Below, one piece after another: positions 38,072 to 47,800 of a DNA stretch of 64,000 nt. The DNA comes from Saccharofermentans sp. (lineage in GTDB: Bacteria; Bacillota; Clostridia; Saccharofermentanales; Saccharofermentanaceae), in NCBI GenBank assembly GCA_024403795.1, contig JAKSRD010000006.1:12589-76588 (forward strand). Reading direction: 5' to 3'. Under the pieces are notes generated by a model that had not been told where the DNA came from, ran no database searches, and worked only from the letters and a program-made list of their open reading frames with translations. A program made the position numbers and the translations under genes. Position 1 is the stretch's first letter; each line of letters begins with the position of its first letter.

Positions 38072-38100
38072 TTGAAAAGACAGAATAAACGATTTATAAT
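38072..38100 (+). promoter_or_regulatory. sigmaA-type promoter of alaS
   Basis: TTGAAA-17bp-TATAAT. Confidence 0.65.
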
Positions 38101-38134
38101 TTTTGAGTTTTATTTTTATTTAGGAGTATCACCG

Positions 38135-40825
38135 ATGAGACAGTTTACTTCAAAAGAGCTTAGAAAGGCTTGGAAAGAATTTTACATAGAGAGAGGTCAC
38201 GTTGACGTAGGTGCCGTATCACTGGTATCTGACGGTTCTACAGGAGTTTTGTTCAACGTAGCCGGAATGCAGCCTTTGATGCCTTATCTTCTCGGAGAGA
38301 AGCATCCCATGGGAACAAGGCTTTGCAATGTTCAGGGATGTGTCCGTACGAATGACATCGATTCCGTAGGCGACAGAAGCCATGTTACATTCTTTGAGAT
38401 GATGGGCAGCTGGAGTCTTGGTGACTACTTCAAGAAGGAGAGATGCCAGTGGAGCTATGAACTCCTTACACAGGTATTCGGATTCGACACGGATCACCTT
38501 GCCGCTACGGTTTTCGCAGGTGACGAGAATGCGCCCAGAGATGAAGAGGGAGCCCAGTTCAGGATCGCTTCCGGATTCAAGAAAGAGAATATCTACTATC
38601 TTGGTGCTGACGATAACTGGTGGGGACTTGAGTATGGTCCCTGCGGTCCTGACAGCGAGATGTTCTATATTGCAGACATTCCCGATTGCGGCCCTGATTG
38701 CGGTCCGGGATGCAGCTGCGGCAAATATACGGAGATCGGCAACGATGTTTTCATGCAGTATGAGAAGCATCAGGACGGTCATCTCACACCTCTTAAGCAG
38801 AAGAATGTAGATACAGGTTGGGGTCTTGAAAGAATCCTTGCTTTCCTTAACGGTACCAAGGACGTATACAGAACAGACCTCTTTACTGAAGCCATTGCTT
38901 ATATCGAGAGTGCATCCGGCGTTAAGTATGATTCGGACGAGAAGCTCACAAGATCAATGCGAGTCCTTGCTGACCACATCCGTACGAGCGTCATGCTCAT
39001 CGGTGATGCCGCAAAGCTCGTTCCTTCGAATGCAGGTGCAGGTTATGTTTTGAGACGTCTCATCAGACGTGCCGTAAGACATGCAAGAACACTCGGTATC
39101 AAGACAGAGCAGATCATCGGTCTTGCCAAGATCTACATTGACAGCGTTTACGATGACAGCTATCCGCTTCTTGCAAAGAACCGTGAATTCATTCTTAACG
39201 AACTCGATAAGGAGATCGCAAGATTTGAGAGCACTCTCGAGAACGGCATCAAGGAGTTCAAGAAGATCCTCGACGACAAGAGCAAGGCCGGATCAAAGGA
39301 GATCGACGGTGAGTCTGCTTTCTACCTCTACGATACATTCGGATTCCCGATCGAGCTTACTGTCGAGATGGCTGCTGAAGAAGGCCTCAAGGTTGATGAG
39401 GACGGATTCAAGAAGGCCATGGAGAAGCAGAAGGAGACGGCACGTGCTGCCACAAAGTCTAAGGAATCACTTGCTCTCGGTGTAAATGAGATCCCCGAAG
39501 AAGTTGCCAAGGACACGGTTGCCACGGTATTTGACGGTTACGATAATCTTGAATGCGAAGCAAAGATTGTTTATATCCTGAAGTCCGATGAGGACGGTGC
39601 GCTTAAGTCTGTTGACGGTGCATCCGAAGGTGACGACATCATTGTTATCTGCGACAAAACTGTTCTTTACGCTACGATGGGTGGTCAGATCCACGACGAA
39701 GGTAAGATCTTCACATCTGATTTTGAAGCTGATGTAATCTCTGTCGATAAGGATGCTGCGGGCAAGTATCTTCATACACTCAAAGTTGTTAAGGGTGCTG
39801 TCACAAAGGGTTCGACCGTCAGCATCAGTGTTGATAAGAAGACAAGATTGTCGATCGCAAGAAATCATACTGCTACACATATTTTGCTTTCTGCTCTTCA
39901 GAAGGTTCTCGGAAGCCAGGTTGAGCAGGCAGGTTCTTATGTCGGCAGTGACCGTTTGAGATTCGACTTCAATCACTTCCAGCCCATGACTGCAGAAGAG
40001 ATCGAGACTGTAGAGAAGATAGTTAACGATGTAGTTCTGCAGGCACTTCCCGTTGAGACAAAGGTTCTCGGTATCGAAGATGCAAAAAAGCTCGGTGCTA
40101 CTGCGATCTTCGGAGAGAAGTACGGCGAGGTCGTAAGGGTAGTATCCGTAGGTGATTTCAGTGATCCGTTTGATCTCGAGTTCTGCGGCGGTACACACCT
40201 TACGAACAGCGCACAGGTCGGTCAGTTCAGGATCGTATCAGAGGCAGGCATTGCTGCAGGAACGAGAAGAATCGAGGCTGTTACGGGCTTAAGATGCTAT
40301 GAGATGAGCAAGGCTGACAGAGAACTCATCGACGAGGCTTCTTCAGCTCTTAAGACTCCCAAGGAGAAGATCGTTGAGAGGATCGAAGCTCTTCAGAGTG
40401 AAGTTAAGTCACTCGAGAAAGAGATCGCAGATATCGAGAAGGCTAAGGCCGGTTCATTCGCAGACAGTGCCATCTCAGGTGCAAAGGATATCGGAGGCGT
40501 TAAGGCTGTAATTGCTGCCTGCAACGCATCTGATGCTGCTGCCATGAGAGATACCGCTGATAAGATCAAGGACAAGCTTGATTGCGGAGTTGTATTCCTC
40601 GCTTCTGAAGGTGACGGAAAGCTCCTCTTCACAGCAATGGCTACGAAGTCAGCTGTCGAGAAGGGTGCTCATTGCGGCAATATCATCAAAGAAGCTGCAA
40701 AGGTTGCCGGCGGCGGCGGCGGCGGACGTCCCGACATGGCTCAGGCAGGCGGTAAGGATGTAACCAAGCTTAACGATGCTCTTGCTAAGGCAGAGGAAGT
40801 ATTGGCTTCACAGGTTAACGCATAA
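38135..40825 (+). CDS. alaS: Alanine--tRNA ligase
   Basis: AGMQP, TFFEM, GPCGPDSE, DTGWGLER, LYDTFGFP, NHTATH, FCGGTH, GGGGGRPDMAQAGG; ATG 38135 after an AGGAG SD. Confidence 0.96.
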   Translation: MRQFTSKELRKAWKEFYIERGHVDVGAVSLVSDGSTGVLFNVAGMQPLMPYLLGEKHPMGTRLCNVQGCVRTNDIDSVGDRSHVTFFEMMGSWSLGDYFKKERCQWSYELLTQVFGFDTDHLAATVFAGDENAPRDEEGAQFRIASGFKKENIYYLGADDNWWGLEYGPCGPDSEMFYIADIPDCGPDCGPGCSCGKYTEIGNDVFMQYEKHQDGHLTPLKQKNVDTGWGLERILAFLNGTKDVYRTDLFTEAIAYIESASGVKYDSDEKLTRSMRVLADHIRTSVMLIGDAAKLVPSNAGAGYVLRRLIRRAVRHARTLGIKTEQIIGLAKIYIDSVYDDSYPLLAKNREFILNELDKEIARFESTLENGIKEFKKILDDKSKAGSKEIDGESAFYLYDTFGFPIELTVEMAAEEGLKVDEDGFKKAMEKQKETARAATKSKESLALGVNEIPEEVAKDTVATVFDGYDNLECEAKIVYILKSDEDGALKSVDGASEGDDIIVICDKTVLYATMGGQIHDEGKIFTSDFEADVISVDKDAAGKYLHTLKVVKGAVTKGSTVSISVDKKTRLSIARNHTATHILLSALQKVLGSQVEQAGSYVGSDRLRFDFNHFQPMTAEEIETVEKIVNDVVLQALPVETKVLGIEDAKKLGATAIFGEKYGEVVRVVSVGDFSDPFDLEFCGGTHLTNSAQVGQFRIVSEAGIAAGTRRIEAVTGLRCYEMSKADRELIDEASSALKTPKEKIVERIEALQSEVKSLEKEIADIEKAKAGSFADSAISGAKDIGGVKAVIAACNASDAAAMRDTADKIKDKLDCGVVFLASEGDGKLLFTAMATKSAVEKGAHCGNIIKEAAKVAGGGGGGRPDMAQAGGKDVTKLNDALAKAEEVLASQVNA

Positions 40826-40837
40826 AGGAGAAAAGAT

Positions 40838-41179
40838 ATGTGCTTATTCTGCGACATAGTTGACGGAAAGATCCCTTCAAACAAAGTATATGAGAACGAT
40901 TATGTTCTCTGCTTCAACGATATTAATCCCGTTACGCCGGTGCATGTTCTTGTAGTTCCGAAGAAGCACTTCGACAACATAAATGAGCTTGCTTCTGATC
41001 CCGAAGGTGCGCTCTATGCAGGCGAGATTACGAAGGCAATAAGTGAGGTCGCAAAGATCAAGGGCGTCAGCGAAGGCTTCAGAACAGTAAATAACTGCGG
41101 TGAAGACGGCGGCCAGTCAGTCATGCACGTTCATTTTCATGTGCTTGGCGGCATAAAATTTACGGAGAAGATAGTCTGA
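40838..41179 (+). CDS. HIT family nucleotide-binding protein
   Basis: CLFC..I, DINP..PVHVLVVPKKH, GQSVMHVHFH. Confidence 0.9.
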   Translation: MCLFCDIVDGKIPSNKVYENDYVLCFNDINPVTPVHVLVVPKKHFDNINELASDPEGALYAGEITKAISEVAKIKGVSEGFRTVNNCGEDGGQSVMHVHFHVLGGIKFTEKIV

Positions 41180-41183
41180 TCCT

Positions 41184-41834
41184 ATGGCAAGAATGAGAAC
41201 CAAACGCAATATCCCGGCGCGCATGGACAAGTGCCATGAGCGTTGGTTTGATGCGCCTATGTTGAACCGCGGCAAGTGGCGTGAGGCTTGCGGTTTTGAC
41301 GAGAACACGCCAATTTGGCTTGAGATCGGTTGCGGCAAAGGCAAGTTCTGTTCCGAGATGGCGGCAAGGCACCCTGAAGTCTTGTATATTGCTATGGAAA
41401 GAGAGCCTTCCGTTATTCTTGCTGCAATCGAGAAAGCACATGCGATGGAGCTTCCGAATCTTTTCTTTATCAGAGGCGATGCCGGAATCATCGAGAATTA
41501 TTTTGCAGAGGATGAAGTCAACAGGATCTTCCTTAACTTCTCGGATCCCTGGACCAGACAGAATAAGCCTAAGAGACGTCTCACATACAGAGATTTCCTT
41601 ACCAAGTATAAGGTCATGATGAGGGACGGCGGAGCAATAGAGTTCAAGACTGATAATGATGATCTTTTCGATTTCTCATTGGAAGAATTCAAAGAGACGG
41701 GATTTGCTCTCGAGCAGGTCACGAGAGATCTTCATAACAGTGAGTATAACGAAGAAAATATCCGTACCGAGTTCGAGCAAAAGTTTGCAGATCAGGGGAT
41801 ACCGATCAAGCGTGTTGTTGCCGTAATGCAGTGA
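41184..41834 (+). CDS. trmB: tRNA (guanine-N7)-methyltransferase
   Basis: LEIGCGKG, LNFSDPW, RRLT, FKTD, TEFE.KF. Confidence 0.92.
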   Translation: MARMRTKRNIPARMDKCHERWFDAPMLNRGKWREACGFDENTPIWLEIGCGKGKFCSEMAARHPEVLYIAMEREPSVILAAIEKAHAMELPNLFFIRGDAGIIENYFAEDEVNRIFLNFSDPWTRQNKPKRRLTYRDFLTKYKVMMRDGGAIEFKTDNDDLFDFSLEEFKETGFALEQVTRDLHNSEYNEENIRTEFEQKFADQGIPIKRVVAVMQ

Positions 41835-41843
41835 ACGTTTTGT

Positions 41844-43349
41844 TTATTTGCGCTCGAAAAGGCAGAGACCGCTGCTCTCGTATGTAATCTCATAGTCCTT
41901 ATCATAGAGAAGTGACATATACAGGTAACGGTCACTTTCTTTACTGATGATCAGGTAATTGAATCCGTATTTATCAGTGAAGTCCTTGTAATACATGTGA
42001 GCGCTCTTCATGTTGTAATACTCTTCAAAGTAGTCAAAACTGTCATTATTTGCCAGTAAGAATAATTCTGCTCTTCCGTCAATATAAGGGTGGTATCCTT
42101 TGTATTCCAGATACTGACCATCGTTAAAATTTGTATATAAGACGACGGGATCTTCTTCGCGGTCGAGGATCTCTACGATCTCGTCAAGCTGCTCATAGTG
42201 ATATTCAAAAGAAGGCTTCGAGAGAATGGAGTCGTTCAGGCAAACCAGACAGGTCACGGCAAGGATAAGAACGGCTATTATGCCCGCCAGGAGATTGACA
42301 GTGCGGGTAATCTTTATCTTCTCCGGAAGTTTGAACTCTATGTCTCTGAGGACGTATGAGAAAGCGGAAATTGAGAAAACAAAGAAGTAGCTGATGGCTT
42401 TTACATGCATCAAAGCGAGAAGTGTCGTTCCACAGAAAAGGCAGAAGAATCTGACGGAGAAATCACTCTTCTTCTTGAAGAAAACGATCACTCCGATGAG
42501 CGCAAGGAATAAGAAGTAGTATTTACCGTACTGTATGCTCAAGCTTGTCGGCTGCATCTCAATGATCATAGCATTGAGTTTGTCCTGACCGTAGGAAGAT
42601 GTGAGATAGATTACACTATCGATTCCGTATGGGTTGAGGAGTCCCAAAACGATGCTTACCGCAAATGAACACAACAATGGTAACAGATTGCAGCAGGGCT
42701 CATACTTGAATCTTCTTCCCTTGATCGTGATGTTGACGGGAATGGCAGCAACAATGTAAGGAAGCATGAATACGAACATCATGGGCCACATGGCGGCATG
42801 AAGATTGACCAGTGCCAGTGACAGCAAGGGGAGAACTGCAAGATAGAGGTTCTTCTTTGTCAGAACGAATCTCTCGAGCAAACACAACTCTATGAGCAGG
42901 AACGTGTATGTAAAGAGCTGCGGTCTCGTTACTGCCAGATTCTTGAACAAAAGGAAATCTGTAATGCACGCAATCAAAGCGGAGAGCAACTTGTTATTGG
43001 TAATAAGATAGTTCAAGCGGTAGGAGAGCAGACAGATTCCTATGTAGAAAGAATAGAGCAGAACAAGCATGCCGACCATGCCGAACTTGGAATATACGAA
43101 GTAGAAAATAACGCTGCTTAACCATTGCTGGACAACGATCTTCATGTCAGAATGCATGGAGAGCATGTCGTAATGGGGAAAACCGTTCTTTACGATGTAA
43201 TCACCTGTTGCATAGAGAAAGTAGAAATCATTATCGAGTGTTCGTAATCTGAAGAAGGATACAATGATCGGGAATAAAAGAATGACAAGTACAAGCCAGT
43301 TTTGTGACTTGATAAAATCCGACTTCAACGATCTCTTAAGCTCCGGCAT
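41844..43349 (-). CDS. Polytopic membrane protein, putative GT-C-like transferase
   Basis: About 12 TM segments; acidic DND after TM1, QQWLS, RPQLF, NLH, LLNPYG, YIDGRAE. Confidence 0.55.
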   Translation of the reverse strand: MPELKRSLKSDFIKSQNWLVLVILLFPIIVSFFRLRTLDNDFYFLYATGDYIVKNGFPHYDMLSMHSDMKIVVQQWLSSVIFYFVYSKFGMVGMLVLLYSFYIGICLLSYRLNYLITNNKLLSALIACITDFLLFKNLAVTRPQLFTYTFLLIELCLLERFVLTKKNLYLAVLPLLSLALVNLHAAMWPMMFVFMLPYIVAAIPVNITIKGRRFKYEPCCNLLPLLCSFAVSIVLGLLNPYGIDSVIYLTSSYGQDKLNAMIIEMQPTSLSIQYGKYYFLFLALIGVIVFFKKKSDFSVRFFCLFCGTTLLALMHVKAISYFFVFSISAFSYVLRDIEFKLPEKIKITRTVNLLAGIIAVLILAVTCLVCLNDSILSKPSFEYHYEQLDEIVEILDREEDPVVLYTNFNDGQYLEYKGYHPYIDGRAELFLLANNDSFDYFEEYYNMKSAHMYYKDFTDKYGFNYLIISKESDRYLYMSLLYDKDYEITYESSGLCLFERK

Positions 43350-43508
43350 CGTGGTTACCCCTTGAGTTTAGTGTGTATAGAATTATAACACGGATATTTT
43401 ACATTACTGATGCTGTCGTGAGTTGCTTATATATTTTAATAAAAAGTTTTACAAAGTTCCGAAGTAGGTTAAAATACACTGGAAAGTTTTTATACAGGAG
43501 AACATCAA

Positions 43509-44567
43509 ATGGTTTACGTTAATGAGAAGATCAAGAACACTTATCGCGTACCTCAGCCTGAAGGCAGAGGCAAATATATCAGATTGGACCAAAATGAGAA
43601 TTCAGACGGACTTCCCAAATGGTTGGTCGATTCCGTGATGGAGAAGGTCACACCTGAATTTTTGGCGATCTATCCGGAGGAATCTATCCCTACCGAGAAA
43701 TATGCCAAGCAGCTTGGTCTGGAGAAGGAGAATGCGACACTTACCTGCGGAAGTTCCGTAGGTATGGGTTATGTAATCAAGGTTTTCGGTGAGCCCGGAA
43801 AAGACATCCTTTGCGTAACTCCTTCATTCGCCATGTATGAAGTCTATGCCAAGATGATCGGAATGAATGTCAGACAGCTCAAGTATAACGATGATTTCTC
43901 ATATGATATCGATCAGACGCTTTCCGCGATCAACGAGAATACGGGAATCGTTGTATTGGTCAATCCCAATATGCCCGTCGGCAATGTATATTCACCGGAT
44001 GACATCAGAAAGGTTATCGAGAAAGCAGGAGAATATAATGCCCTGGTGATCATCGACGAGGCTTATTACTATTTCTTCGATAAGACAAGTGTTGCTCTTG
44101 TTAAGGAATATGACAATGTCGTTGTATTGAGAACATTCTCCAAGATGCTCTCGATGCCTGCTTTAAGACTCGGTTCCATCATCTCGACGGCTGAGAATAT
44201 TCAATACATAAATAATTACAAGCCGCACTATACAGTTAACTCCATTGCGCTTCTCTTCTGTGAAGCCATTGTTGATAACCATGACCGGTTATTGGCTGAG
44301 CTTACCGAGCAGTACAACGAAGGTAAGGAATATGTTCTTGCCAAGCTCAAGGAATATGATTATGTCACCATTCCTTCAGAAGGTTGCTATGTCTGCATCA
44401 AGCCCAAGCACAAGACTTCCAGAGAGATAACCGATCTACTTCAGGAGAACGGCATCCTCATTCTTTGCGGTAAGGACGGACTCACCGGATGGCTCAGACT
44501 GACCATTGCACACAAGAAGTACATGGAAATATTCATGGATGCGCTCTTAAAGCTTGATCAGGAGTGA
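43509..44567 (+). CDS. HisC/CobD-like PLP-dependent aminotransferase or decarboxylase (class I/II)
   Basis: RLDQNEN, NPNMP.G, DEAYY, RTFSK (PLP Lys), LRLG; SD AGGAG. Confidence 0.85.
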   Translation: MVYVNEKIKNTYRVPQPEGRGKYIRLDQNENSDGLPKWLVDSVMEKVTPEFLAIYPEESIPTEKYAKQLGLEKENATLTCGSSVGMGYVIKVFGEPGKDILCVTPSFAMYEVYAKMIGMNVRQLKYNDDFSYDIDQTLSAINENTGIVVLVNPNMPVGNVYSPDDIRKVIEKAGEYNALVIIDEAYYYFFDKTSVALVKEYDNVVVLRTFSKMLSMPALRLGSIISTAENIQYINNYKPHYTVNSIALLFCEAIVDNHDRLLAELTEQYNEGKEYVLAKLKEYDYVTIPSEGCYVCIKPKHKTSREITDLLQENGILILCGKDGLTGWLRLTIAHKKYMEIFMDALLKLDQE

Positions 44568-44583
44568 TACGGTAACTTTATAT

Positions 44584-45297
44584 ATGAAGAATTATGCGAT
44601 CATTCTTGCAGGCGGAGTCGGAAAGAGAATGGGTTCCGATATCCCAAAGCAGTTCATTGAGGTAGAAGGCAAGCCGATAATCGTCTATTCGATAGAGAAT
44701 TTCCAGAGAAATCCTCAGATAGATAAGATCGTGGTTGTTTGCGTTAAGGACTGGATCGATTATACACGCGAGCTTGTTGAGAAGTATTCTCTGAACAAGG
44801 TTGAGTGGATCATAGAGGGCGGTGCCACAGGACACGATTCCATCAGGAACGGAGTGTTTTTCCTTAAGGATAAGGCAGAACCTGATGATCACATCATAGT
44901 ACATGATGCCGTCAGACCGGTCCTCCCTCAGAAAGCACTTGATGAAGTCATCAGAGTCTCACATGAGAAGGGTAATGCGTCTTCTTCGATCGCATGCCAT
45001 CCGCCGATCGTATATACGGAGGATAATGAGTCCGGTATTACCGATGTTGACCGTGAGCATGTAATGCTTACTGCATCACCGCAAGCCTTCAGATATTCTC
45101 TCGCTTATGACTGCTATCAGAAGGCGGAAGAAGAGGATTACCATACATCGACATTTACGAGTTCTTTGCTCATACATTGCGGTGAACGTGTGTATTTTGC
45201 AAAGGGAACGACCTGCAACATCAAAGTAACGACTAAGGAAGATCTGGCTTTGTTCTCGGCGCTTCTCAAAGTGCCCGAAGAACTGATGTACAGCTAA
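44584..45297 (+). CDS. IspD/TarI-family cytidylyltransferase (second paralog)
   Basis: ILAGGVGKRMG.DIPKQF, HDAVRP, SPQAF, NIKVTT.EDL. Confidence 0.85.
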   Translation: MKNYAIILAGGVGKRMGSDIPKQFIEVEGKPIIVYSIENFQRNPQIDKIVVVCVKDWIDYTRELVEKYSLNKVEWIIEGGATGHDSIRNGVFFLKDKAEPDDHIIVHDAVRPVLPQKALDEVIRVSHEKGNASSSIACHPPIVYTEDNESGITDVDREHVMLTASPQAFRYSLAYDCYQKAEEEDYHTSTFTSSLLIHCGERVYFAKGTTCNIKVTTKEDLALFSALLKVPEELMYS

Positions 45298-45307
45298 AGG
45301 GGAAGAT

Positions 45308-45841
45308 ATGAATTGTTCTGAGTATTTGGTCAATTATCTGATCGAAAACGGTGTGACTGATGTATTCGGTTATGCGGGCGGTTATATTGTTCCGTTTATG
45401 GATGCGCTTTATAAGCGTCGCGACGAGATCAAGCTTCACGTCTGCTACAACGAGCAGGGATGTGCTTTGGCAGCCGACGGTTATGCGCGAACAAGCGGCA
45501 AGTTAGGCGTGTATTTCACGACCTCCGGTCCGGGCGCGGTCAACGGTCTTGCCGGTCTTGCAGATTGCTGGTTCGACGGTTTCCCGATAATGGGAATATG
45601 CGGCAATGTGCCAACTCATGAGATGAAGGGATTCTCAGGAATCCGTCAGAACGGCTTCCAGGAGATGGATCTCGTATCCATGACCAGAAGCGTTTCAAAG
45701 TACTCGGTTACTGCTAACAGTGCTGAAGGTTTTCCCGAGATCGTAAGCAGAGCTTATAATATTGCCTTACTTGGAAGAAAAGGAGGAGTCGTCATTGATT
45801 TTCCGCTCGACATACAGCAAGCCGATATTATTGGCGGGTAA
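45308..45841 (+). CDS. ThDP-dependent enzyme, stand-alone N-terminal (PYR) domain, acetolactate synthase-like
   Basis: VFGYAGG, NEQG (catalytic Glu), ADGYAR, TSGPGAVN, FQEMD, GVVIDFPLDIQ then stop. Confidence 0.8.
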   Translation: MNCSEYLVNYLIENGVTDVFGYAGGYIVPFMDALYKRRDEIKLHVCYNEQGCALAADGYARTSGKLGVYFTTSGPGAVNGLAGLADCWFDGFPIMGICGNVPTHEMKGFSGIRQNGFQEMDLVSMTRSVSKYSVTANSAEGFPEIVSRAYNIALLGRKGGVVIDFPLDIQQADIIGG

Positions 45842-46907
45842 CGGAGTTCGCACATCCGGTGCGGTTAAGTTGCTTCATGAATTTGCAAATAAGACCAACA
45901 TCCCTGTCTTGACGACAATGAACGGTGTTGATCTCGCTCAGGATGATCTTCACATCGGTTTTATCGGCACTCACGGTAACCGTGTTGCCAACATGATCAT
46001 CAACGAGTGTGATGTGATAATCTCTGTCGGTGCCAGACTCGGCATACGCCAGGCCGGCAAGAATACCAAGTGTTTTGCTCCTCAGGCAGATCTCATCAGA
46101 TGTGACATCGATGAGTATGAGTTGAGCAGGACCATAAAGGAGAATGAACGTAAGTATCATTCGGATGCACGCGATTTCCTGATGATGCTCCTTGCAGAAG
46201 ATGTTCCCGATTATTCCGATTGGAAGAATAAGTGCATGGAAGCAAAGCGCATGCTTGAAGATTACGATAAACAGCCGGGTAATAAAGCTGTGGAGAAGAT
46301 CTCTTCATTGCTCCCTTCAGATCCGGTAATCTCCGTGGATGTCGGCATGAACCAGTGCTGGTGTGCACAGTCCCTTCATCTTAAGGGTTACAACGGAAGG
46401 ATCCACATAAGCGGAGGCTACGGTACCATGGGCTGCGGACTTCCGTTTGCGATTGGTTCATCGATAGCAAAAGACTGCGGCAAGTCGTTTTGCATCAGCG
46501 GTGACGGCGGATTCCAGATGAATATTCAGGAATTGGAGACCATACACAGAGAATCTCTTCCGGTAAAGATCTTCATCCTTAATAACCACGTTCTTGGTAA
46601 GATAAGCGAGACGCAGTATTTTGAACACGATGAGAGATATGCGGCAACGGCACGTTCCGGCGGATATACAGTTCCGTCTTTTGCGAAGATAGCGGAAGCA
46701 TACGGTATCAGAGCTGCACAGCTCGAGTCCTGTGAAGAACTCGATAACTATAAAGAGTGGATCGATGATGACATGCCGTGTCTGTTTGACATTGCATTGC
46801 CTGAGGCAAGTTTCCTCACGCCGAAGATCAAGTTCGAGACAGGCAAGATGAGACCTGAACTTGACGACAGCATAGTGGCGGGCGTAAAGAGAGTATTGAA
46901 AGGTTGA
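45795..46907 (+). CDS. ThDP-dependent enzyme, central plus PP domains, acetolactate synthase-like
   Basis: KPILLAGNG, DVGMNQ.W, SGG.GTMG.GLP, GDGGFQMN..LNN; in-frame TTG at 45795 lies 8 nt after AGGAGG. Confidence 0.78.
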   Translation: MIFRSTYSKPILLAGNGVRTSGAVKLLHEFANKTNIPVLTTMNGVDLAQDDLHIGFIGTHGNRVANMIINECDVIISVGARLGIRQAGKNTKCFAPQADLIRCDIDEYELSRTIKENERKYHSDARDFLMMLLAEDVPDYSDWKNKCMEAKRMLEDYDKQPGNKAVEKISSLLPSDPVISVDVGMNQCWCAQSLHLKGYNGRIHISGGYGTMGCGLPFAIGSSIAKDCGKSFCISGDGGFQMNIQELETIHRESLPVKIFILNNHVLGKISETQYFEHDERYAATARSGGYTVPSFAKIAEAYGIRAAQLESCEELDNYKEWIDDDMPCLFDIALPEASFLTPKIKFETGKMRPELDDSIVAGVKRVLKG

Positions 46908-46916
46908 TGATCTGCT

Positions 46917-47798
46917 TTGATAGACAGTAAGCGAATGTATTCCACATATTTTAAGGAGTATATCCTGGATGATGATATGCTTCACCGGCTTCAGGGAGAA
47001 CTGTTCAAGATACTCCTTGATATTAAGTATGTGTGCGAGAAGCATAACATCTCTTATATGCTTTGCGGCGGCACCTTGATCGGAGCTGTCAGACACAAGG
47101 GATTTATTCCGTGGGATGACGACATAGATCTCATGATGATCAGAAGCGAAGCTGAGAAGCTTGTCGTAAAAATGCGCGAGGAATTCCCTGATAAATATAT
47201 GGTCGCTGAGCCCTTGTGCGATGAGCAATATGTGGTTAAGTCAATCAAGATATATAAGCGCGGAACCAAATATGTTGAGATCCCATATGCCGGACTTAAG
47301 GGCTTTGACATGCTCTTCATTGACGTCTTCATCATTGAGAATGTCCCTGCAAATAAGCTTGCGCGTAAGATTCACAGTTCTTTTTACAACTTCATATATA
47401 AAGCGGCAAGTGTCTGCGTTGACTATAAGTATCCTTCTCCGGTCATCATGAAGAAGGCTGAAGAGAATAAGGAAGTTGCCGATTACTATAAGACGAGAAG
47501 AAGGCTGGGAAGCTTTTTCGCGCACCTGGGAGGAATGAAATTCTATCTTAAGTTATGCGAGAAGGTAGGGAACAAGAAGAAACACACGGGCTGGCTCGGC
47601 ATTCCGTCCGGCGGATGTGCCATCGAGAACTTCCCCGAGAAAATGTATCTGGAGCTTACGACTGCCGAATTCTGCGGAGAACAGTTTCCGATCCCTACAG
47701 CTTATGATGAGAATCTGACAGTGGTATTCGGTGATTATATGAAGATTCCCGAACCGTCAAAGCGCGACTGCCACGTCGCATATGAGATCAAGTTCTGA
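46917..47798 (+). CDS. LicD family phosphotransferase
   Basis: GGTLIGAVRHKGFIPWDDDID, IDVF, FGDYM..P. Confidence 0.88.
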   Translation: MIDSKRMYSTYFKEYILDDDMLHRLQGELFKILLDIKYVCEKHNISYMLCGGTLIGAVRHKGFIPWDDDIDLMMIRSEAEKLVVKMREEFPDKYMVAEPLCDEQYVVKSIKIYKRGTKYVEIPYAGLKGFDMLFIDVFIIENVPANKLARKIHSSFYNFIYKAASVCVDYKYPSPVIMKKAEENKEVADYYKTRRRLGSFFAHLGGMKFYLKLCEKVGNKKKHTGWLGIPSGGCAIENFPEKMYLELTTAEFCGEQFPIPTAYDENLTVVFGDYMKIPEPSKRDCHVAYEIKF

Positions 47799-47800
47799 TA

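Noticed and set aside
40708-40725. (GGC)n run in alaS as a slippage site
   Set aside because: It encodes the conserved GGGGG motif of the C-Ala domain
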